A DNA stretch of 21,387 bases from Hormoscilla sp. (GTDB lineage: Bacteria; Cyanobacteriota; Cyanobacteriia; Cyanobacteriales; Desertifilaceae), in contig JBFRWI010000200.1 in assembly GCA_051439505.1 (NCBI GenBank), positions 1-21,387 of the forward strand, given 5' to 3'. Under the pieces are notes generated by a model that did no database searches, was not told the DNA's origin, and saw only the letters and a list, made by a program, of their open reading frames with translations. Shown here piece by piece: positions 15,817 through 21,387 of this stretch. The stretch's first letter is position 1. Every line of letters starts with the position of its first letter. A program made the position numbers and the translations under genes.

Positions 15817-18078
15817 CTAAACATGAATTTGGGGCTGAAATTTGCGCAAGCGCAGGGCATTCGTGACCACGGAAACGGAACTAAATGCCATCGCTGCACC
15901 GGCAATAACTGGGTTCAGCAGCCAGCCAAAGAATGGGTAAAGAATTCCCGCTGCTATGGGAATGCCACAAACGTTGTATATATAGGCAAAGAAGAGATTT
16001 TGACGGATATTTTTCATGGTAGCATGGCTCAGTTGGATGGCAGCGATAATGCTGCGTAAATCCCCAGAAATTAAGGTAATGTCGCTGGCCGCGATCGCGA
16101 CATCGGTGCCGGTACCAATGGCAATGCCCACATCTGCTTGGGCTAAGGCCGGGGCATCGTTAATGCCATCCCCGACCATGGCCACAATTTTACTTTCTGC
16201 TTGTAGGGCTTTGATTTGTGCTGCTTTTTGGTCCGGACGCACTTGGGCTATGATTCTGGTAATCCCTACTTCTCGCCCGATCGCCTCAGCGGTTTGGCGG
16301 TTATCTCCGGTCAGCATTACTACTTCTAATTTCATCCGCTTTAATGCTTTAACTGCTTCGGTAGATGAGGGTTTGAGGGCATCTGCTATCCCCATTAATC
16401 CCGCAATTTCCTTGTCTACAGCTATCCAAGCCGTTGTCTTGGCCTGGGCCTCCCAATCTTCTCCCATTGATGCTAAAATTTGAGTATCAATTCCCATGTT
16501 ATCCATCCAACTCTTGCTGCCAATTTGCACCAGGCGATCGCTCACTATTCCCTGCACTCCCATCCCGGGAATGGCTGCAAATTCTTGTACTTCCGCAAGG
16601 GGCCCGGTGACGCCCTGCGATCGGGCATATTGGACCACCGCTGCTGCTAGGGGATGTTCGGAATTTTGTTCGACTGCTGCGGCTAAACTCAGCAGTTTTA
16701 TTTCATTGCTATCTGCCGTGCCTTTCACGGTAACATAGTTTGTGACGCTGGGTTTACCTTCCGTGATGGTACCGGTTTTATCCAGGACGATCGCCTGAAT
16801 TTTATGAGCCAGTTCCAAACTCTCGGCACCCTTAATTAAAATCCCATTTTCTGCCCCTTTGCCAGTACCCACCATTATCGCAGTCGGGGTGGCTAAACCC
16901 AGGGCGCAGGGACAGGCAATAATTAAAACGCTGACAGTGGCGATGGTGGCCAGGGTGAAGTTACCCGTGACATTAAACCAAATGATGAAGGTGGTAAGGG
17001 CGATCGCCATCACTGCGGGTACGAACCAGGCCGTTATTTTATCCGCTAACTGCTGAATGGGTGCTTTAGAACCTTGGGCCTCCCGTACTAACTTCACGAT
17101 CTGGGCCAAGACTGTATCCTTACCCACCCGTTCGGCCCGTAACTGAAAACTGCCCGTCTTATTCATTGTCGCCCCGATCGCCTCATCTCCGGGTTTTTTG
17201 CTGACCGGAATGGGTTCTCCCGTCACCATCGACTCATCTACCTGAGAAGTACCTGCAATTACCTGGCCGTCAACGGGAATTTTTTCTCCGGGACGGACGA
17301 CTACTATATCCCCAACCACTACTTCCCGAATGGGAATTTCTACAGAATCTCCATTGCGCATCACCCGTGCGGTTTTTGCTTGCAACCCCATCAGTTTGCG
17401 GATCGCTTCTGAAGTTTGTCCCTTAGCGCGACTTTCCAGCAACCGCCCCAAAAGAATCAGGGTAATAATCACCACCGCAGGTTCGTAGTAGACTTCCGGT
17501 TGCAAACCCCGATCGAGAAATAAACTGGGGAAAAAAGTAGCAAACAGGGAATACAAATAAGCTGCGCCAGTTCCCAAGGCCACTAAGCTATTCATATCCG
17601 CTGTCCGGCGTTTGCTAGCTTTCCAGGCCCCGACAAAAAATCCCTTGCCACACCAAACCATCACGGGTATGCTGAAAATTAGCTGTACCCAGGCATTGTG
17701 CATCCATGTGGGAATAAAGGGTAAATGTAGTCCTGTCATTGCTGGCAAAGAACCGACTACCAGCAACAGGCTAATAATACCTCCCCAGATTACTTTGCGA
17801 GTTAACTCTTGTTGTTCGGCCTGCTGGGCCTGCTTCTGGGCATCCTCTTCAACTCCGTCCATTTCCTGTAGGGGAAAGGCGCTATAACCCGCTGACCTTA
17901 CCGCCTGGCCGATCGTTTCTAGGTTAGTTTCCTGGGGATTATATTTAACGGTAGCTTGGGAAGTGGCGAAGTTTACATGACATTCGCTGACCCCCCGGAC
18001 CCCTTGAATTGTGCCTTCGATGCTGGCCGCACAAGCGGCACAACCCATGCCTTTAAGCTGGAGATTTGCTGTTTCCAT
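15817..18078 (-). CDS. pacS: Cu(I)-transporting P1B-type ATPase, PacS-like
   Basis: N-terminal [41 protein letters not shown], and the YN and MAFSS Cu(I) signatures. Start ATG 18078 ([11 protein letters not shown]). Confidence 0.9.
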   Translation of the reverse strand: METANLQLKGMGCAACAASIEGTIQGVRGVSECHVNFATSQATVKYNPQETNLETIGQAVRSAGYSAFPLQEMDGVEEDAQKQAQQAEQQELTRKVIWGGIISLLLVVGSLPAMTGLHLPFIPTWMHNAWVQLIFSIPVMVWCGKGFFVGAWKASKRRTADMNSLVALGTGAAYLYSLFATFFPSLFLDRGLQPEVYYEPAVVIITLILLGRLLESRAKGQTSEAIRKLMGLQAKTARVMRNGDSVEIPIREVVVGDIVVVRPGEKIPVDGQVIAGTSQVDESMVTGEPIPVSKKPGDEAIGATMNKTGSFQLRAERVGKDTVLAQIVKLVREAQGSKAPIQQLADKITAWFVPAVMAIALTTFIIWFNVTGNFTLATIATVSVLIIACPCALGLATPTAIMVGTGKGAENGILIKGAESLELAHKIQAIVLDKTGTITEGKPSVTNYVTVKGTADSNEIKLLSLAAAVEQNSEHPLAAAVVQYARSQGVTGPLAEVQEFAAIPGMGVQGIVSDRLVQIGSKSWMDNMGIDTQILASMGEDWEAQAKTTAWIAVDKEIAGLMGIADALKPSSTEAVKALKRMKLEVVMLTGDNRQTAEAIGREVGITRIIAQVRPDQKAAQIKALQAESKIVAMVGDGINDAPALAQADVGIAIGTGTDVAIAASDITLISGDLRSIIAAIQLSHATMKNIRQNLFFAYIYNVCGIPIAAGILYPFFGWLLNPVIAGAAMAFSSVSVVTNALRLRKFQPQIHV

Positions 18079-18120
18079 GACTTTCTTTGATCTACTTTCT
18101 CGCGCGTCGAGTAGCAAGCG

Positions 18121-18182
18121 AGAAACCGGGTTTCTCGTCCATCTTTAACGAGATATTAACGATTTCACTAGAGAAACCCGGT
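18121..18182. repeat. AGAAACCGGGTTTCT-N36-AGAAACCCGG paired palindrome, copy 1
   Basis: Same architecture as 19195-19260. Lies between the predicted promoter and the ATPase start. Confidence 0.85.
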
Positions 18183-18202
18183 AACATGAGCCGACTAGCA
18201 CT

Positions 18203-18234
18203 AGGATAAAGTCTCCACCTGACTGGAGAGTCTA
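18203..18234 (-). promoter_or_regulatory. MerR-family-type promoter/operator for the Cu-ATPase
   Basis: On the - strand: -35 TAGACT, 20-bp spacer, -10 TATCCT. Dyad TCTCCA-N6-TGGAGA (18212-18229) lies within the long spacer. Confidence 0.75.
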
Positions 18235-18376
18235 GGCTATGTAATGAAACTTTACAAAACTCTTTTCTGCTCGCCCACTGGCGTGGGCAGGCCGCGACCC
18301 CGATCGCCCGACGCCCGCTCAAACTATGCTATAGTTTGGTATGAGATGGGGCGATCGCCCTTTTCGCCTCTATAGT

Positions 18377-18400
18377 GTAGGGTGGGCACCGCCCACCATC
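18377..18400 (+). repeat. GTAG REP-like palindrome GTAGGGTGGGCACCGCCCACCATC
   Basis: Sister of 10371-10394. Confidence 0.85.
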
Positions 18401-18445
18401 GACGACGATCTCTGTGGATAGTAAGTTAATCATATCGAGTGGCCA

Positions 18446-18784
18446 ATGCAACTAGAAGACTACTTTGACTTTCTCGCCCCTGACGACATTCGCCTGAAAG
18501 GCACGCGGATGGGCATTGAAACCATTCTTTATCGTTTCATTCATCAGTGTCAGACTCCAGATGAAATTGTCCGCACCTATCCAGCGCTGACATTGGAACA
18601 AATTTATGCTACGATTCTTTATTATTATCACGAACAAGAAAAAGTCAGTGCTTATCTGACTGACTGGTTGGAGTGGAGTCATAGAGTGCGGGAGGAGCAA
18701 AAACGCAACCCTCCACCCTTTATTGAGAAACTTCGGAAAATAAAAGCCGATCGCGATGCAATGAAAAAAGCTAATGACCATTAA
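18446..18784 (+). CDS. DUF433 domain protein (putative antitoxin)
   Basis: IRLKGTRMGIETIL...TPDEIVRTYPALTLEQIYATILYY. Overlaps the downstream PIN gene by 11 bp. Confidence 0.88.
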   Translation: MQLEDYFDFLAPDDIRLKGTRMGIETILYRFIHQCQTPDEIVRTYPALTLEQIYATILYYYHEQEKVSAYLTDWLEWSHRVREEQKRNPPPFIEKLRKIKADRDAMKKANDH

Positions 18785-19136
18785 CTATTTGCTAGATGAA
18801 AATGTCGATCCCCTTTATCAAATTCAGCTCCGCAAACAGCAACCATCTTTGGTTATCTGGAAAATAGGGGATCCGGGCATTCCTCCAAGAGGAACCCTAG
18901 ACCCGGAGATATTATGCTGGTGTGAAGATAAAAATTTTATCCTGTTAACTAATAACCGGAAATCCATGCCTGTACATTTAGCTGACCACTTGGCGTCAGG
19001 TCGTCACGTACCAGGTATTTTTATCTTCAATGATAATCTGAGTATCGGCGATACTATTGAAGAGTTGATAATAATTGCTTTGGCCTCGAAAGTTGATGAG
19101 TATATGGACAAGATTTCTTATATGCCTATATTATAG
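18774..19136 (+). CDS. DUF5615 family PIN-like protein (putative VapC45-type toxin)
   Basis: YLLDENVD, GTLDPEILCWC, ILLTNNRKSM, HVPGIF. Confidence 0.85.
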   Translation: MTINYLLDENVDPLYQIQLRKQQPSLVIWKIGDPGIPPRGTLDPEILCWCEDKNFILLTNNRKSMPVHLADHLASGRHVPGIFIFNDNLSIGDTIEELIIIALASKVDEYMDKISYMPIL

Positions 19137-19142
19137 AATATC

Positions 19143-19167
19143 GGCGTTGCACAACTACGGGATGATA
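19143..19167 (+). repeat. Solo MITE end GGCGTTGCACAACTACGGGATGATA
   Basis: 23/24 identical to the reverse complement of 5156-5179. No partner end recognised. Confidence 0.7.
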
Positions 19168-19194
19168 ACACAAACCCAGAGCCGCAGTGAAACA

Positions 19195-19260
19195 AGAAAC
19201 CGGGTTTCTGCGATCGAATCAGGAGCAAAAGCAGAAAATTAATTAAGAAACCCGGTTTCT
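19195..19260. repeat. AGAAACCGGGTTTCT-N36-AGAAACCCGGTTTCT paired palindrome, copy 2
   Basis: 15-bp inverted pair at 19195-19209 and 19246-19260. Confidence 0.9.
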
Positions 19261-19355
19261 GGCCTTAGGGGATGGTTCTGCACCCGTAGCCGACCGCGCG
19301 ACCCCGATCGCGCTATTTTTAATTAACTTGGAGTTATTTTTGAGGAGGCAAGACA

Positions 19356-20063
19356 ATGGGATTGAAACTGGATAACGTGGTACCCTGGGGCCGATCGCGT
19401 GCTGAATACCTGAGAATGTTCGACATTACCATAGCAGAGTTAGAATTAAACTTAAAAATCCTTGATTGTGGTGGCGGTCCCGCTAGCTTTAATGCAGAAA
19501 TGACCCAGCAGGGTTACAATAAGGTGATTTCCTGCGATCTTGTTTATCAATTCAGTGCTGAGGAAATTGCCCAACGCATTCAAGAAACTTATTCAGCTAT
19601 TGTCGAGGGATTGAAGGCCGATCGAGATAAATATGTTTGGCAAGGCGAAATTGCCTCTCCCACTCAGTTGGGAGAGGTGAGAATGGCAGCTATGCAGCAG
19701 TTTCTGGCAGATTTTCCCGAGGGGAAAAAGTTAGGACGTTATGTCACGGCGGAATTACCCGTACTGCCTTTTGACAAAGGACAATTTGATTTAGCCCTCT
19801 GTTCTCATCTATTATTTCTTTATTCCGACCAACTTGATGCAGCATTCCATTTCCATGCTATACTAGAACTATGTCGAGTCGCTAGGGAAGTCCGCCTCTT
19901 CCCTTTGCTAGATATGTCTGGAGAACCTTCTCCACACCTGTCAGATGTTATCAGGGAATTAAAAAAGCAGGGTTATCATGTAGAAACCAGGCAGGTGGAT
20001 TATGAATTTCAGCGCGGCGGTAACCAGATGTTGCGGATATTGAAAATGGAAAATGAAAAATAG
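19356..20063 (+). CDS. Class I SAM-dependent methyltransferase
   Basis: ILDCGGGPASF motif I, LPFDKGQFDLALCSHLLF, ELCRVA. GAGGAGG RBS upstream. Confidence 0.87.
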   Translation: MGLKLDNVVPWGRSRAEYLRMFDITIAELELNLKILDCGGGPASFNAEMTQQGYNKVISCDLVYQFSAEEIAQRIQETYSAIVEGLKADRDKYVWQGEIASPTQLGEVRMAAMQQFLADFPEGKKLGRYVTAELPVLPFDKGQFDLALCSHLLFLYSDQLDAAFHFHAILELCRVAREVRLFPLLDMSGEPSPHLSDVIRELKKQGYHVETRQVDYEFQRGGNQMLRILKMENEK

Positions 20064-20141
20064 AAAATTTAGAATGGAGAAGAAAGAAATTATTAGGACG
20101 AGATGGTAGGTGTTTTATCGCTCGCAAATTGGATAAATTGC

Positions 20142-20210
20142 TATTAGTCGGTTTTAACCGACTTTAGCTATTAGCCGGGGGTTTGAACCCCCGGCGGGAT
20201 GACAACGAAG
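20142..20210 (-). repeat. 69-bp double-hairpin element, copy 2
   Basis: Its reverse complement matches 12944-13012 at 64/69. Confidence 0.9.
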
Positions 20211-20236
20211 CGAAGTAAATGATCGGGAGAAAGAAG

Positions 20237-21387
20237 GTGAAATTAGGAGTATTTTGGCGACAGATAGGTCAACCAATGGTATATTATCCCCAGATAGCAA
20301 AGGTTACTGGTGGGGTTACTGCTGCCGTGTTTTTCTGTCAACTGTGTCAGAGTCAGTCCTCGGGTAATTCTCAAGCATGGATATCCATTTCGGTCGAGGA
20401 AATGGAGGCGAAAACGGGTTTGAATTCCTCGGAACAAGATCTTGCCCGACGCCAACTTAAGGCCAGACATCTCTTGAAAGAGAGATTAGTTAGTGGTAAA
20501 AGTGGAACCCTGGAGTTTTGGCCGGACCTGGAGGCCCTAGAAAAAAGATTAGAGGATAATGTCATTACTCCAGAGGACTCGCAAGCATCTCGAATTCAGG
20601 TTCAAGATAAAATTAAAACTCCCAGAACAATTAAAAAAGATAAATATTTTCCGGTGCCGCGTCAAGCTATTGCGGTGCCAGTCACTCCGAATTATCAATT
20701 TAGCGGTCCCTGGAAGTCTCCTGCTGAATTGGAGGAATTTCAACGGACATTGTTAGAGTATGCTAAGATTCAAGGGCATCCTAACCCTTCGGGATGGGCT
20801 TTTAAGGTGATCGATGGCATGACTAAAGGACTAATGTCTCCCTTTTGGGATGAATTTGTCGCCGGAATTGCTTTAGGTGAAAGTCAGAAAGTTCAGCGGG
20901 ACTGGGAGATAGAACCTGGTGTTCCTTATCCCGCCTTTGAGGAAGAACGCATTCAATATTACGTTCACAAAGGCGAACCCCTAGAAGTAGCTGTTTCTAA
21001 AGCCCGTCACGATCTTAGAAACCCGGTTATGGGACAAGATTTGTGGGCGGGGTTCCTCCGTAAGTGCGATCGCATCGCTGACGAGGCGTTAGCAGCGAAG
21101 AAAATGGGCGTACAGAACCCCTATCTGCCCTCTTCCTTTACCGAGAGACCGGAAATTACGAAAGAAAGTGTCATGCAGAAGCTAGCAGCAGTTAATCCGC
21201 AATTTTCTTTGGCAGAATCTCGTTCTGAACCCCTGAACGAACGCATCTTAGCTGCGGAGGAAAAAGCAGTAGATGAGAAATCAACTGTGCCGCCCCTTGC
21301 GACTTTGCAGGAAATGTGCAAAACTGCGATCGGGCGTTCTATTGTCAGCAAAAAAATTGCCGCACATCCGGAATGGGGATATGAAAT
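20237..21387 (+). CDS. Partial CDS (runs off the window) with an N-terminal winged-helix resembling phage replication initiators
   Basis: Translated by hand: open from ATG 20219 / GTG 20237 (GGGAGA upstream) to the window end with no stop, >380 codons. PMVYYPQIAKVTGGVTAAVFFCQL...WISISVEEMEAKTGLNSSEQDLARRQLKARHLLKE...EFWPDLEALEKRL. Missing from the ORF track because no stop codon is present. Confidence 0.8.
   Translation, partial: MKLGVFWRQIGQPMVYYPQIAKVTGGVTAAVFFCQLCQSQSSGNSQAWISISVEEMEAKTGLNSSEQDLARRQLKARHLLKERLVSGKSGTLEFWPDLEALEKRLEDNVITPEDSQASRIQVQDKIKTPRTIKKDKYFPVPRQAIAVPVTPNYQFSGPWKSPAELEEFQRTLLEYAKIQGHPNPSGWAFKVIDGMTKGLMSPFWDEFVAGIALGESQKVQRDWEIEPGVPYPAFEEERIQYYVHKGEPLEVAVSKARHDLRNPVMGQDLWAGFLRKCDRIADEALAAKKMGVQNPYLPSSFTERPEITKESVMQKLAAVNPQFSLAESRSEPLNERILAAEEKAVDEKSTVPPLATLQEMCKTAIGRSIVSKKIAAHPEWGYE

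Noticed and set aside
15170..17887. Short + strand ORFs antisense to the ATPase or in the adjacent intergenic gap, and similar nested ORFs elsewhere
   Set aside because: Antisense or alternative-frame shadows with no motifs.
18240..18256. Possible NtcA site
   Set aside because: Spacing is GTA-N9-TAC, not the canonical GTA-N8-TAC. Kept only as an unassigned dyad.
20042..20076. Degenerate heptamer run (GAAAATG-like x5) over the methyltransferase stop
   Set aside because: Real but ordinary STRR-type repeat at a gene end.
20243..21351. Short track ORFs 20243-20470, 20371-20565, 20549-20743, 20559-20756 and 21121-21351
   Set aside because: They are shadows of the long + strand frame starting at 20219/20237.

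Overview
Chromosomal window from a cyanobacterium, probably filamentous: HIP1 octamers (GCGATCGC) are frequent, heptamer STRR-type repeats occur, and cyanobacteria-specific genes are present. The housekeeping backbone comprises a class II aldolase/SDR fusion, a DUF4058 protein, an alpha/beta hydrolase, cbiB, an Rrf2 regulator divergent from cyAbrB, a Zn-ribbon protein, a GT39/ArnT-like glycosyltransferase, Npun_F0494-like-cobQ-2Fe-2S genes, a PacS-like Cu(I) P-type ATPase with a MerR-type promoter, a DUF433/DUF5615 toxin-antitoxin pair and a SAM methyltransferase. A long ORF absent from the ORF track runs off the right edge and has a phage-replication-initiator-like N-terminus. The intergenic DNA holds many small repeats. 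The most notable are: (1) a four-way 'cloverleaf' element whose four G7/C7-closed loops are all 35 nt but differ in sequence; (2) a phased 21-bp ACT(G/C)AGT array; (3) two MITEs inserted in tandem at one TAA inside a REP-like palindrome; (4) a REP-flanked single gene that resembles a free-standing EF-G domain IV. All family calls come from recognising motifs by eye; no database search was run.
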